Of a DNA stretch of 64,000 bases, positions 42,469 through 52,466 are shown in pieces. The notes beneath the pieces are model-generated. The model did no database searches, was not told the origin of the DNA, and saw only the letters and a list, made by a program, of their open reading frames with translations. The stretch spans positions 23,713 to 87,712 of the forward strand of contig DASRYH010000008.1 of NCBI GenBank assembly GCA_035687245.1, read 5' to 3'. The position numbers were made by a program, and so were the translations under genes. This DNA comes from Coriobacteriia bacterium. GTDB taxonomy: Bacteria > Actinomycetota > Coriobacteriia > Anaerosomatales > PHET01. Each line of letters opens with the position of its first letter. Position 1 is the first letter of the stretch.

Positions 42469-42708
42469 GTGAACGCGTTGCTGATTATTATGCTTGTCGT
42501 CTGGGCGATCTCCGGGATCGGCCTGATCGTCTTCGTGCTTCTGCACTCCGGTAAGGGCACCGGCGTGTCCGAGATGTTCGGCAGCGTCATGGCGCCGACG
42601 TCGAGCGGCACGAGCATCATCGAACGCAACCTTGACCGCATCACGATCGGCTTTGCGGTCGCCTTCATGGTCAGCTTGCTCGTGCTCATGGTGATCTATC
42701 CCAAGTAG
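42469..42708 (+). CDS. secG: Preprotein translocase subunit SecG
   Basis: 79 aa, two TM helices, LLHSGKGTG motif. Canonical position after the glycolytic genes. GTG start. Confidence 0.8.
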   Translation: MNALLIIMLVVWAISGIGLIVFVLLHSGKGTGVSEMFGSVMAPTSSGTSIIERNLDRITIGFAVAFMVSLLVLMVIYPK

Positions 42709-42730
42709 TCACCGGTAGCACGTGCTCTTC

Positions 42731-42770
42731 GAGCCTCTCCTGCACAGCGGGGGAGGCTTCGTTGTGTTTC
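42731..42770 (+). terminator. Probable terminator after secG
   Basis: GCCTC(T)CC ... GGGAGGC stem followed by the T-rich TTCGTTGTGTTTCC. Confidence 0.45.
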
Positions 42771-43111
42771 CGGGTACATTACCGCGCATGATCAGGCCTT
42801 CATGAAAGCGGCAGGTCGGCCTCTGCGAATCGCACTTAGGACAGGCACTTCGACGAGCTTTTCGTTGTGCAAGGGGAAAAGTATTACCATTGGAAGGAAG
42901 GGGAAGTGCGTCTCACAAGACAGTCCATCAAGAGTATGCGTTTTGCTTGCGTTTCGATGCATGCTCGTGGACACTCATCAGGTCACTTTCGCCGTTCGCA
43001 TTTGGCGAATATGCGTATGGTGGCCGCTGAGACTACCGCAGCACACACGGATGATGTGCTCGAATCGGGCGGTGGTCTTGTGTGAGACGCGAGTCTCGAG
43101 AGGAGGCAGGA

Positions 43112-44827
43112 GTGCAGGGAAAGCATCGCAAGCTCGTAGCGGCGGTCGTCGCGCTTGGGCTCCTCGCATCCGTGGGCCTCGGCGGTTGTGCGCCGAAGCA
43201 AACGGGCGGCGAGGCAACGAAGCCAGCGACCAGCGAGCCCAAGAAGGGCGGCTCGATGTCGTTCTACATCGGCGAGCCGGCCTACATCGATCCGTACAAC
43301 GCACAAGAGACCGAGGGAATGCAGATCACGCAGGCGATCTTCGACTCCCTCACCAACTTCGATGAGAAGGATCCGACCAAGCTCATCCCGGCTGCGGCCG
43401 CGAGCTGGGAGCCGAACGCCGACGCAACTGTCTGGACGTTCAAGCTCGATCCGAATGGCAAGTTCGCCGACGGCACCCCTGTAAAGGCCTCCGACTTCGT
43501 CTACGCGTGGAACCGCATCGCGAACCCGAAGACGGTCAACACGGCCACTGGCAAGGCCGACCCGTCGATCATCAGCTACCACCTGGGCTTCGTTAAGGGC
43601 TTCCAGGAAGTCGTGGATGGCAAGGCCGACACGATGGAAGGCGTCAAGGCTGTCGACGACACGACGCTTGAGATCACGCTGACTCAGTCGTTCGCCGACT
43701 TCGAGTACGTCGTGGCCCACCCGGCACTTGCGCCGGTCGAGCAGAAGCTCGTCGAAGAGGGCGTCGACTACAACGGCGAGAAGATCCCGTTCGGCGAGAT
43801 GCCGCAGGGTAACGGCCCGTTCAAGATGACCGAGCCGTGGAAGCACAACCAGTACGTCAAGGTTGTCCGTAACGACAGCTACGCCGGTACTGCTGCGCTC
43901 CTCGACGGTGTCGAGTTCAAGATCTTCAAGGACCCGGAGACCGCCTACACCGAGTTCGAGGCGGGCAACCTGGACTTCACCCAGATCGGCGAGGGCAAGA
44001 TCAAGGACGCCGTTGCCAAGTACGGTGAGTCCAAGGACGGGTACACGGTCAACCCCGGCAGCCAGGCTCTGCTCGGCGCCGAGAACTCGACCTACTACCT
44101 GATTCTCAACAACAAGAACGAGTTCCTGAAGAACGCCGACGTTCGCAAGGCAGTCTCTCTGGCCATCAACCGCCAGGCGATCTGCGACGTCGTCTTCGAG
44201 GGCACGCGTGAGCCGGCCGACAATATCCTGCCGCCGGGCATCGCTGGCTACGAGAAGGGCGCGTGGGTCGACTCAAAGTACGATATCGAGGCCGCCAAGC
44301 AGGCGCTCGCCGACGCTGGCTATCCCGAGGGCAAGGGTCTTCCGACCATGAAGCTGTCGTTCAACAGCGGCGCCGGTCACGAGAAGATCATGGAGCTCGT
44401 CCAGTCCGACCTCAAGGCCATCGGCATCAAGACCGAGTTCGATTCGGCCGACTTCCCCGTCTACCTGAAGCAGCTGGACGAGGGCAAGCACCAGATCGCC
44501 CGCCTTGGCTGGGTTGCTGACTACCCGATCGCCTACAACTTCCTCTACGCGATCTTCGATTCGAAGTCGGGCGACAACAAGTCGTTCTACAAGAACGAGG
44601 CCGTGGACGCTGCTATCGCCGAGGGTCAGACGATCACCGACGCTACCGCGCGTGCCGCCAAGTACGCCGAGATCGACAAGACCATCGGTGCGGAGAACCC
44701 CATCGCCCCGCTCATGTTCTACAAGCACCACCACGTCGGCTCTGACCGACTGCGGGACTTCGACTTCGACGCCATGTACTTCGGTCACTTCGAGAAGGCA
44801 TGGGTCGACGACGCGGCCGCCAAGTAG
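43112..44827 (+). CDS. Peptide/nickel ABC transporter substrate-binding lipoprotein (family 5, OppA/DppA-like)
   Basis: GTG 43112 with AGGAGG 5 nt upstream. Lipoprotein signal VAALGLLASVGLGGC. Family-5 SBP blocks (SLTNFDE, WTFKLDPNGKFADGTPV). Confidence 0.85.
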   Translation: MQGKHRKLVAAVVALGLLASVGLGGCAPKQTGGEATKPATSEPKKGGSMSFYIGEPAYIDPYNAQETEGMQITQAIFDSLTNFDEKDPTKLIPAAAASWEPNADATVWTFKLDPNGKFADGTPVKASDFVYAWNRIANPKTVNTATGKADPSIISYHLGFVKGFQEVVDGKADTMEGVKAVDDTTLEITLTQSFADFEYVVAHPALAPVEQKLVEEGVDYNGEKIPFGEMPQGNGPFKMTEPWKHNQYVKVVRNDSYAGTAALLDGVEFKIFKDPETAYTEFEAGNLDFTQIGEGKIKDAVAKYGESKDGYTVNPGSQALLGAENSTYYLILNNKNEFLKNADVRKAVSLAINRQAICDVVFEGTREPADNILPPGIAGYEKGAWVDSKYDIEAAKQALADAGYPEGKGLPTMKLSFNSGAGHEKIMELVQSDLKAIGIKTEFDSADFPVYLKQLDEGKHQIARLGWVADYPIAYNFLYAIFDSKSGDNKSFYKNEAVDAAIAEGQTITDATARAAKYAEIDKTIGAENPIAPLMFYKHHHVGSDRLRDFDFDAMYFGHFEKAWVDDAAAK

Positions 44828-44852
44828 GCCCGTCACGCTCTGAGAAATGAGA

Positions 44853-44885
44853 GGGGGGCAGGACACACCGTGTGTCCTGCCCCCC
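44853..44885 (+). terminator. Perfect 15-bp hairpin between the SBP and permease genes (intra-operon attenuator/mRNA stabiliser)
   Basis: GGGGGGCAGGACACA, loop CCG, TGTGTCCTGCCCCCC. No U-tract. Confidence 0.55.
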
Positions 44886-44918
44886 ACCTATGAAGGCACG
44901 TAGAGAAAGCAATCACCC

Positions 44919-45929
44919 ATGCCCCAGTACATCGCCAGACGCATCCTGCAGTTCATACCGGTCTTCATCGGTGTGACGCTGGCGCTCTTCATGATCGCCA
45001 ACTTCATGCCGGGTGCCGATCCGATCCAGATGCGCTACGGCGAGCGCACGCCGCCGCCGGAAGTCAAAGCGCAGCTGATCGAGGAGTACGGTCTGAATCT
45101 GCCCTGGTACCAGCAGTACTTCAAGTACCTTGACGACCTGTGGCCGATCGACGTCGTAGACGGCAAGCTCGCCTACACCGGTGTCGACCTTGGGACGTCG
45201 ATCTACACTGGACGCACCGTCGTCCAGATGCTCGGCGAGACCTATCCCTACACCATCCGGCTCGCGTTCGCCGCGATCATCATCGAGATAATCATCGGGA
45301 TAGGCGCGGGCATCATCTCCGCGGTGAAGCAGTACTCGTTCTGGGATGTCTTCGTGACATTGACGACGTCCATACTCGTGTCCCTGCCGGTGTTCTGGCT
45401 TGGACTGATGCTCCAGATTGTCTTCGGGATTTGGATGAAGAGCTGGACGAACGAGGCGTTCTACCTGCCAATCTCGGGTGCCGAGAGCACCAACTTCGGC
45501 CCGATGGCGCACGTCATACTTCCTGCTGTCACCCTCGCGTCGGTGTCGACGGCGTACGCGGCGCGCATCATGCGCAGCCAGCTGCTAGAGGTCAACGGGC
45601 AGGACTACATTCGCACCGCCCGCGCGAAGGGTCTTTCAGGCCGCCAGGTCCTGTGGAGCCACGCGCTCAAGAACGCCCTCATCCCCGTGGTCACCTTCAT
45701 CGGACTTGACCTCGGCGCGATGTTTGCCGGCGCTGTGCTCACTGAAACCGTCTTCAACTGGCCGGGCGTTGGGTTCATGCTCGCTCGAGCCATCTTCCAG
45801 CGGGACTTCCCCGTCGTGTTCGGCGGCGTCACCGCCATGCTCTTCGCTGTCATGATCATCAACCTGTTGGTAGACATCTCCTACGCCTTCCTGGATCCGC
45901 GTATCCGGTATGGCGGAGTGAGCGAGTAG
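44919..45929 (+). CDS. ABC transporter permease (DppB/OppB-like)
   Basis: N-terminal YIARRILQFIPVFIGVTL; EAA-type loop YIRTARAKGLSGRQVLWSHALKNA. Confidence 0.85.
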   Translation: MPQYIARRILQFIPVFIGVTLALFMIANFMPGADPIQMRYGERTPPPEVKAQLIEEYGLNLPWYQQYFKYLDDLWPIDVVDGKLAYTGVDLGTSIYTGRTVVQMLGETYPYTIRLAFAAIIIEIIIGIGAGIISAVKQYSFWDVFVTLTTSILVSLPVFWLGLMLQIVFGIWMKSWTNEAFYLPISGAESTNFGPMAHVILPAVTLASVSTAYAARIMRSQLLEVNGQDYIRTARAKGLSGRQVLWSHALKNALIPVVTFIGLDLGAMFAGAVLTETVFNWPGVGFMLARAIFQRDFPVVFGGVTAMLFAVMIINLLVDISYAFLDPRIRYGGVSE

Positions 45930-45936
45930 GAACGCC

Positions 45937-46911
45937 ATGACTGACAAGACACGATCGGATGAGATCCGAAAAGAAGGCGTGCACGACATGGCGTCCGGGC
46001 CGATCTCGGGCCCTCCGCTCATGGAGGAGCACGTCGCCGACGAGTCCCGCACACTGTGGGGCGACGCGTGGTACCGCCTCCGCCGAAACAAGCTCGCGCT
46101 CGCCGCACTGATATGGATATGCATCGTGGCACTCGCGGCGATAACTGCAGGCTTCTGGGTTCCGCAGAACTTCGGCGATCCCGCGAGCATCAACTCGCAG
46201 ACGGCAAACGCGCAGCGGCTGCTTCCGCCGTCGATGGCGCACCCCTTCGGCACTGATGACATGGGCCGCGACATGTTCGGCCGCGTCGTCTATGGAGCTC
46301 GCGTCTCGCTCACCGTCGGCATCCTTGCCACGCTGATCGAGGTGCTGATCGGCGTCGCGCTGGGCGCGATCTCAGGCTTCTATGGCGGGTTGATCGACGC
46401 GTTCATCATGCGCACGACCGACATCTTCTTGGCGTTTCCCTACATCTTGTTCGCAATCCTCATCCTGACGGTGGTGCCGTACCGCGGAGTGGTACCGGTG
46501 GTCATCGCTATCGGACTGTTGGGCTGGCCTACCTTCGCGCGGCTCTTCCGCAGCTCGGTGCTCTCCGTGAAGGAGAACGACTACGTAGATGCCGGCCGCG
46601 CGCTGGGAGCAAGCGACGCCAGGCTGATGTTTCGGCATATCGCACCCAACGCTGTCGCGCCGGTCGTGGTCTACGCGACGATGTCGATCGGTGGCGCCAT
46701 CCTGACCGAGGCGGCGCTGTCGTTCCTGGGTCTGGGCATCAAGGCTCCGGGCATCTCGTGGGGTCAGATGATCGACGCGGCGCGGGGCTTCTTGGTCACG
46801 CACCCTGCACTCGTGCTGTGGCCGGGTCTCGCGATTCTGACGACTGTTCTGTCGTTCACCCTGCTCGGTGATGGCGTCCGCGACGCCCTCGACGTGAAGA
46901 TGAAGGACTAG
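45937..46911 (+). CDS. ABC transporter permease (DppC/OppC-like)
   Basis: HPFGTDDMGRDMFGRVVYGAR; YVDAGRALGASDARLMFRHIAPNA. Confidence 0.85.
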   Translation: MTDKTRSDEIRKEGVHDMASGPISGPPLMEEHVADESRTLWGDAWYRLRRNKLALAALIWICIVALAAITAGFWVPQNFGDPASINSQTANAQRLLPPSMAHPFGTDDMGRDMFGRVVYGARVSLTVGILATLIEVLIGVALGAISGFYGGLIDAFIMRTTDIFLAFPYILFAILILTVVPYRGVVPVVIAIGLLGWPTFARLFRSSVLSVKENDYVDAGRALGASDARLMFRHIAPNAVAPVVVYATMSIGGAILTEAALSFLGLGIKAPGISWGQMIDAARGFLVTHPALVLWPGLAILTTVLSFTLLGDGVRDALDVKMKD

Positions 46912-46913
46912 GC

Positions 46914-47927
46914 ATGGCCGAAGAACTGTTGAAGGTCAACGACCTTCGGATGCACTTCCACACACGCGACGGCGTCGTCAAGGCCGTCGACGGCGTGAGC
47001 TACACCCTCGATCGGGGAGAGACGCTGGGCGTCGTTGGCGAGTCGGGCTCGGGCAAGTCCGTGCACGCGCTCACTATGATGCAGCTCATCCCGATGCCTC
47101 CTGGGCGCATAGAGGGCGGCGAGGTTCTGTTCAAGGGCAAGTCGCTCATCACGATGCCTGAGGAGGAGATTCGCAAGATCCGGGGCAACGAGATCGCGAT
47201 GATCTTCCAAGACCCGATGACTTCGCTGAACCCGGTCTATCGCATCGGCCGCCAGCTTGCCGAGCCCCTGATCGTTCACAAGGACATGAGTAAGCAGCAG
47301 GCATGGGCGCGAGCGATCGAGCTGCTGAAGCTCGTGGGCATCCCGCACGCCGAGCAGCGCGTGAAGGACTACCCGCACCAGTTCTCGGGCGGCATGCGGC
47401 AGCGCGTCATGATTGCGATGGCGCTCGCGTGCGATCCCGACATCCTCATCGCCGACGAACCGACGACAGCCCTTGACGTGACGATTCAAGCTCAGATTCT
47501 CGAGCTGATGCAGGAGCTGCAGAAGCGCACCGGCTCCGCGATCATCATGATCACGCACGACCTGGGCGTCGTTGCCGATATGGCCGACAAGATCCTCGTC
47601 ATGTACGCGGGCAAGCCCGCCGAAGTCGGCACGACCGACCAGGTCTTCTACCGGCCCATGCATCCCTACACGTGGGGCCTGATGGACTCGATCCCGCGCC
47701 ACGACGTGACGGAGAAGGAGGCGCTGTGTCCAATCAAGGGTCAGCCACCCAGCTTGGTCACGTTGCCGCCGGGATGCCCCTTCGCCCCGCGCTGCCCCTA
47801 CGCCAAAGACCGTTGTCGCACCGAAGTACCGCTCTTGCGTGAGATCGAGCCGGGGCACTCGGCCGCTTGTCACTTCGCCGGCATGAAGGACTTCAAACGC
47901 GGGTGCTCCGTGGAGGTGAACGCGTGA
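46914..47927 (+). CDS. ABC transporter ATP-binding protein (DppD/OppD-like)
   Basis: GESGSGKS Walker A, FSGGMRQR signature, [12 protein letters not shown]-terminal oligopeptide-type Cys motif ([10 protein letters not shown]). Confidence 0.9.
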   Translation: MAEELLKVNDLRMHFHTRDGVVKAVDGVSYTLDRGETLGVVGESGSGKSVHALTMMQLIPMPPGRIEGGEVLFKGKSLITMPEEEIRKIRGNEIAMIFQDPMTSLNPVYRIGRQLAEPLIVHKDMSKQQAWARAIELLKLVGIPHAEQRVKDYPHQFSGGMRQRVMIAMALACDPDILIADEPTTALDVTIQAQILELMQELQKRTGSAIIMITHDLGVVADMADKILVMYAGKPAEVGTTDQVFYRPMHPYTWGLMDSIPRHDVTEKEALCPIKGQPPSLVTLPPGCPFAPRCPYAKDRCRTEVPLLREIEPGHSAACHFAGMKDFKRGCSVEVNA

Positions 47928-48994
47928 TGTCCGAGCGACTTCTGAATGTCAGGGACCTGAAGAAGTACTTCTCTTCCGGCGGCATGCTGTCGGGCGGACG
48001 CGGCAAGGTCAAAGCCGTTGATGGCGTCTCCTTCGAGCTCAATCGCGGCGAGACGCTTGGACTGGTGGGCGAGTCCGGTTGTGGCAAGTCCACCACCGGC
48101 CGCGCCATCATGCGTCTGATCGAGCCGACGAGCGGTGTCGTGGAGTTCGAGGGCCGCGACGTCTTGAAGTTCCACGGCAAGGAGCTCAAGGCGTTTCGGC
48201 GCGACGTGCAGATCATCTTCCAGGACCCGTACGCGAGCTTGAACCCGCGCTTCACCGTCGGCGAGATCGTCGCCGAGCCGCTGCTCATCCACGGAATCGG
48301 AACGCGCCAGGAGCGCCGAACCAAGGCGCAGGAGTTGCTCGAGGTCGTTGGCCTGAACCCCGAGCACATCAACCGCTACCCGCACGAGTTCTCCGGCGGC
48401 CAGCGCCAGCGCATCGGCATAGCCCGCGCACTCGCTCTGCAGCCCAAGTTGATCGTATGTGACGAACCGGTCTCGGCGCTTGACGTCTCGATCCAGGCGC
48501 AGGTGCTGAACCTGCTCGACAAGCTTCAGGACGAGTTCGACCTGACGTATCTGTTCATCGCGCACGATCTTTCGGTTGTGCAGCATATCTCCGACAACGT
48601 CGCCGTCATGTATCTGGGCGGCATCGTCGAGATCAGCGACTGGCGCGGTCTCTACGAGCGCCCGCACCACCCCTACACGCAGTCGCTTCTGTCGGCGGTG
48701 CCGGTTCCCGACCCCGACGTGCAGCGCACGCGCGAGCGCATCCTTCTCGCGGGCGACCCGCCTTCGCCGATCGACCCCCCGAGCGGCTGCCGCTTCCACA
48801 CACGCTGCCCGATCGCGCAGTTCCCGATCTGCTCCGAGCAGCGTCCTGAGCTGCGGGAAGTGGCACCCGGGCACCGCGCGGCCTGCCACTTCGCCAAGCC
48901 GTTCCCGATCGACATAGCCCAGATCGACAACACTATCGTGACCGACGACGCAGCTGCGGCCCTCGCATCGCTGCAAGCTGGCCCGAAGGGCTAG
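47927..48994 (+). CDS. ABC transporter ATP-binding protein (DppF/OppF-like)
   Basis: ATG 47927 overlaps the upstream [31 protein letters not shown]. Confidence 0.9.
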   Translation: MSERLLNVRDLKKYFSSGGMLSGGRGKVKAVDGVSFELNRGETLGLVGESGCGKSTTGRAIMRLIEPTSGVVEFEGRDVLKFHGKELKAFRRDVQIIFQDPYASLNPRFTVGEIVAEPLLIHGIGTRQERRTKAQELLEVVGLNPEHINRYPHEFSGGQRQRIGIARALALQPKLIVCDEPVSALDVSIQAQVLNLLDKLQDEFDLTYLFIAHDLSVVQHISDNVAVMYLGGIVEISDWRGLYERPHHPYTQSLLSAVPVPDPDVQRTRERILLAGDPPSPIDPPSGCRFHTRCPIAQFPICSEQRPELREVAPGHRAACHFAKPFPIDIAQIDNTIVTDDAAAALASLQAGPKG

Positions 48995-49020
48995 CATCGG
49001 CCGAAACGGATTGATATACT
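48992..49020 (+). promoter_or_regulatory. Candidate tRNA-Leu promoter TAGCAT-N17-TATACT
   Basis: Hexamers at 48992-48997 and 49015-49020, about 33 nt upstream of the tRNA 5' end. Confidence 0.4.
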
Positions 49021-49052
49021 CTCGCTCGCTGTCCCACTGGGACACGCACTAT

Positions 49053-49138
49053 GTCGGAGTGGCGGAACGGCAGACGCGCTAGGTTGAGGGCCTAGTGTCC
49101 GCAAGGACGTGAGGGTTCAAATCCCTCCTCCGACACCA
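49053..49138 (+). tRNA. tRNA-Leu (anticodon GAG), class II with long variable arm, CCA encoded
   Basis: Acceptor GTCGGAG/CTCCGAC. Anticodon stem CTAGG/CCTAG with loop TTGAGGG. Variable arm TGTCCGCAAGGACGT. T-arm GAGGG-TTCAAAT-CCCTC. Ends ACCA. Confidence 0.9.
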
Positions 49139-49149
49139 ACGAATGAACG

Positions 49150-49184
49150 GCGGCTCTTCCCGAAAGGGGAGGGCCGCTTTCGTT
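49150..49184 (+). terminator. Rho-independent terminator after tRNA-Leu
   Basis: GCGGCTCTTCCC, loop GAAA, GGGGAGGGCCGC (12 bp including G-U pairs), then TTTCGTT. Confidence 0.7.
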
Positions 49185-49261
49185 GTGTTGACCCAGCGGT
49201 TGCGTCCAGCATCGACCAGGCCTAGCGTGGCACGTGCGGTCGCGCCGATGGAGGAGGGGAC

Positions 49262-51415
49262 GTGCTGTCGAAGCTCGCGCACCTGGCAGGAGCAGTGTTG
49301 GTTGCACTCACGTTGACGGCCATGGCGCCGAAGGCCGCCGCCGGCGCCGTCACTCTGCCCGCGCGCGCGAACCCAATACCAGCACCCTCTGGAGGCTGTC
49401 TGCTTGGGGCCTACGTCCACGACAACCCGGACCAGACCGTCTTCAACAGCGGTGCGGGCAAGGACCACGCACTTCTCCTGAAGTTCATCCACATGGGCGT
49501 CGACGGCTTCGATGTCGCCGGGCCGATCTCTGCCCGGGCGTTCTGCGATTCCGCGTACGCGCTGGACGCCGTGCCGTACCTGACGATCGAGCCCGATCAT
49601 GCGACGGCCGATTCGGTGCTGACTGCCGAAGATCGCGAGTGGCTTATCGCCTTCGCGAAAGAGCTGGGCGCCTATCAACGGCCTGCATTCGTTCGTTTCG
49701 GCCATGAGATGAACGGCAACTGGTACCCGTGGGGATGGACTCACGTAGAGCCGGCCGTCTACATCGAGGGCTTTCGTGAGGCTGCAGCGATCTTCCGCGA
49801 GCACGCCCCGCTCGTGGCGATGGTCTGGGCACCGAGCCAGAACTGGGGCAACAACTGCACCGAGCTCTACAGCACGTGGTATCCGGGTGACGAGTACGTG
49901 GACTGGGTCGGGCTGACGTCGTATGAGTGGTCGTATGGCGGGGTCATGGACGGTCAGTTCTACTACTCGATCAAGTTCGGTGACGGTCCTGAGGCCAACT
50001 TCTACGCTACGTTTGCCGAGGGCCACAACAAGCCGATGATGATCGCGGAGACCGCGTGCGGTGACGATGACCCCGCCTACTATGCGCGCCAAGAGCAGAT
50101 CGACACATTCGGCACTGGGGTGGGGCAGGGCGCACAGAACTGGTGGATAGCTCGGGTATACGACGCCAGCGATGACTACTACAGCACCAAGGTCAACTTC
50201 CCAAAGATCGGGGCCATCACGTGGTTCGGCAAGGGAGACTGGGCACCGGGCGGAAGCGACTTGACTCTCCATTCCACCGGCTTCTCGGCCTATGCGACCG
50301 CGGTGGAGGACTCCTACTGGCGATCCAACGCGATGCTTCCTCCGGAGACAGTCGTCGAGGGAGTGCCCGTGGGCTGGAGCCGCTCGGACGTTGCTGTCTC
50401 CTTCAGCGTCCCCCGGCCCGGCTCGTCGGGTGGCACCCGCACCTTCTACGGCATCGATGCGCCCGCGACTGCCGAATGGACCGCGCCTGTGGCCATTTCG
50501 GCAGAGGGTACATCCACGCTCTACTACCGGTCCGTGGGACGCGCAGGCGCATGGGAGGAGACGAGGTCGGCGCAGGTCCGCATCGACAAGACCCCGCCCG
50601 TGACCACGGACAACCATGCCAGCTACTACCCCGCTCAAGCGGTCATCGGCCTGACGTCTATCGACTCGCTGTCGGGTGTGAGTGAGATCCGCTATCAGCT
50701 CGACGGAGGCGCAGTAGCCACCGGGGACGCCGTATCGGTGAGCGATGCGGGAACGCATACGCTCGTCTACCAGGCGATTGACGGGGCCGGCAACGTGGAG
50801 GGCCCGAAGACCGCGGTGTTCGTCGTGCGCGAGGCCAGCGGCTCCGACATAGTCCCACCGACAACCACGTGCGATGCGGCAGCGACGTACGTTGCGACCG
50901 CCAGGATCAACTTCACCGCCACCGACGACAAGTCAGGCGTGCGCGCGACGTACTACAGGCTGGACGGTGCTCCCGCCCTGGCGGGCACGACGGTCACTAC
51001 TTCCGCGCTTGGCGACCACGTGCTGCAGTACTGGTCCGTCGACAACGTCGGCAACCTCGAGGCTGCTAAGACGGTGCGCTTTGCGGTCGTGAAGCCCAAG
51101 GTCGCGCTCGGGAGGCCGAAGGCGCCGAGGACCATGAAGCGGGGACGCTTCTACTTTGTGTACGGCACGCTCAAACCACACCATGAACGCGGGTCAATGC
51201 CCGTGCGGATCTACAAGTACAAGAAGGTCAATGCGAAGAGCTGGAAGTCGTACGGCTACGTGAAGGCTACGGCAGTCGACTACAAGGGCCTGACCCGCTA
51301 CCGGGTGCGTATGCGCTTGCCATCCAAGGGATCTTGGAGGCTGCGGGCGTACGCGCCTTCTGATGCCAAACACGCTGCAACGCGTTCTGGCTACGAGTAC
51401 GTGCTCGTGAAGTAG
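49262..51415 (+). CDS. Secreted GH26-like glycoside hydrolase with C-terminal Ig-like repeat domains
   Basis: Signal peptide. FVRFGHEMNGNWYPWG, WYPGDEYVDWVGLTSY, KPMMIAETA. Three repeats follow of the type YY(R/Q)LDG...GTHTLxY.S.D.AGN.E. Confidence 0.6.
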   Translation: MLSKLAHLAGAVLVALTLTAMAPKAAAGAVTLPARANPIPAPSGGCLLGAYVHDNPDQTVFNSGAGKDHALLLKFIHMGVDGFDVAGPISARAFCDSAYALDAVPYLTIEPDHATADSVLTAEDREWLIAFAKELGAYQRPAFVRFGHEMNGNWYPWGWTHVEPAVYIEGFREAAAIFREHAPLVAMVWAPSQNWGNNCTELYSTWYPGDEYVDWVGLTSYEWSYGGVMDGQFYYSIKFGDGPEANFYATFAEGHNKPMMIAETACGDDDPAYYARQEQIDTFGTGVGQGAQNWWIARVYDASDDYYSTKVNFPKIGAITWFGKGDWAPGGSDLTLHSTGFSAYATAVEDSYWRSNAMLPPETVVEGVPVGWSRSDVAVSFSVPRPGSSGGTRTFYGIDAPATAEWTAPVAISAEGTSTLYYRSVGRAGAWEETRSAQVRIDKTPPVTTDNHASYYPAQAVIGLTSIDSLSGVSEIRYQLDGGAVATGDAVSVSDAGTHTLVYQAIDGAGNVEGPKTAVFVVREASGSDIVPPTTTCDAAATYVATARINFTATDDKSGVRATYYRLDGAPALAGTTVTTSALGDHVLQYWSVDNVGNLEAAKTVRFAVVKPKVALGRPKAPRTMKRGRFYFVYGTLKPHHERGSMPVRIYKYKKVNAKSWKSYGYVKATAVDYKGLTRYRVRMRLPSKGSWRLRAYAPSDAKHAATRSGYEYVLVK

Positions 51416-51427
51416 TGAGGCCGGGTA

Positions 51428-52366
51428 CTAGCGACCGATGACGCGATAGCTGACGGTGTGGACGCCGCTGAATCCCAGCACGCGGATCACGCCCGGTCCG
51501 AGATCGAAGATACGCCCGCCGTGGTACGGCCCACGGTCGGCAACGCGAGCCACCGCGCGCTTGCCGTTGTAGCGGACCTCCACGAGCGTGCCGAAAGGCA
51601 GCGTCTTATGTGCGACGATCATCGAGTAGGGGCCGATGTGCTGGCCGCTGGCTCCGCGCCCGCTGAAGTTGCGCCCGTAGTGCGATGCGAGCCCGCTCTT
51701 CCAGTCACCTGAACCGGTCAGGCCTTGGGTCGAGTCCGTCTTGGCCGACCCGCCACTGGCCGTACGCTTCGACGATGCGATCCGCACTGAGCTTGAGGCC
51801 TGCACGCGTGCCTGGTAGGCAGCGAGAGCCGCAGCACTCCCCGCGAGTTCACGGCGGGCGCGGGAAACCTCGGCGCGTTGAGCGTCGAGCTCCTTGGCTG
51901 CCTTCGTCTGGAGCGTCATCAGCGCGTCGGCGGATTCGGCGGCCTCGCGCCTCGTCCGAGCAAGCTCACGCAACAGCTCGGCGTCTCGCCGGTTCACGCG
52001 GCCCAACAGCACCCACGTGTTGGCGAAGTCCTCATAGGTCCGCGCGTTCATCAGAACTGCGATGAATGGCGTCTCTCCGCCGCGGTACATGGCCCGGACG
52101 CGTCCCGAGAGCTGAGTGTGCAGCCGGTTCTCACGCTCGACGATCGCGTCGAGACGCCGTGAGGTCGATGCCAGCCGTTCGCGGAGACGTTCAACACGCG
52201 CCTTGGACGCCGCGAGACGTCCCAGCGCGCGGCTGAGTTGAGCGCGGTCGGTAGCCACCTGACCCGACGCCGGAGATGCGATGGCGAGTGAGGGTTGGGG
52301 GATGGCCGACGTGGCCGTGGCGAAAAGAAGCATCGCGCTGAGAAGTTGGAGACGCTTAACAAACAT
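51428..52366 (-). CDS. Secreted coiled-coil protein with C-terminal RlpA-like double-psi beta-barrel (cell-wall lytic transglycosylase-like)
   Basis: Start at MFVKRLQLLSAMLLFATA (signal). Long heptad-like region. C-terminus GLASHYG..G..SG...MIVAHKTLPFGTLVEV..NGKRAVARVADRGP. Confidence 0.6.
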   Translation of the reverse strand: MFVKRLQLLSAMLLFATATSAIPQPSLAIASPASGQVATDRAQLSRALGRLAASKARVERLRERLASTSRRLDAIVERENRLHTQLSGRVRAMYRGGETPFIAVLMNARTYEDFANTWVLLGRVNRRDAELLRELARTRREAAESADALMTLQTKAAKELDAQRAEVSRARRELAGSAAALAAYQARVQASSSVRIASSKRTASGGSAKTDSTQGLTGSGDWKSGLASHYGRNFSGRGASGQHIGPYSMIVAHKTLPFGTLVEVRYNGKRAVARVADRGPYHGGRIFDLGPGVIRVLGFSGVHTVSYRVIGR

Positions 52367-52466
52367 GCGCACTAGTGTACTTGAAGCCGCCCGAAAAGCC
52401 CTCAAGCGCGACGGGTGGTAGACTGCCACATGATTTCGGCGTGCAACCGAATCGGAACGGAGCTCC

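Noticed and set aside
42802-43365. 187-aa plus-strand ORF and 60-aa minus-strand ORF in the secG-oppA spacer
   Set aside because: The plus-strand ORF runs out of frame into the well-supported lipoprotein SBP gene and has no SD. The minus-strand ORF has no SD and no recognisable features. The region is treated as noncoding leader.
47870-50758. Long minus-strand ORFs 47870..49045 and 49079..50758
   Set aside because: The first is antisense to the oppF-like ATPase. The second runs through the tRNA-Leu terminator region and lies antisense to the GH26-like gene. Neither has motifs or plausible translation signals.
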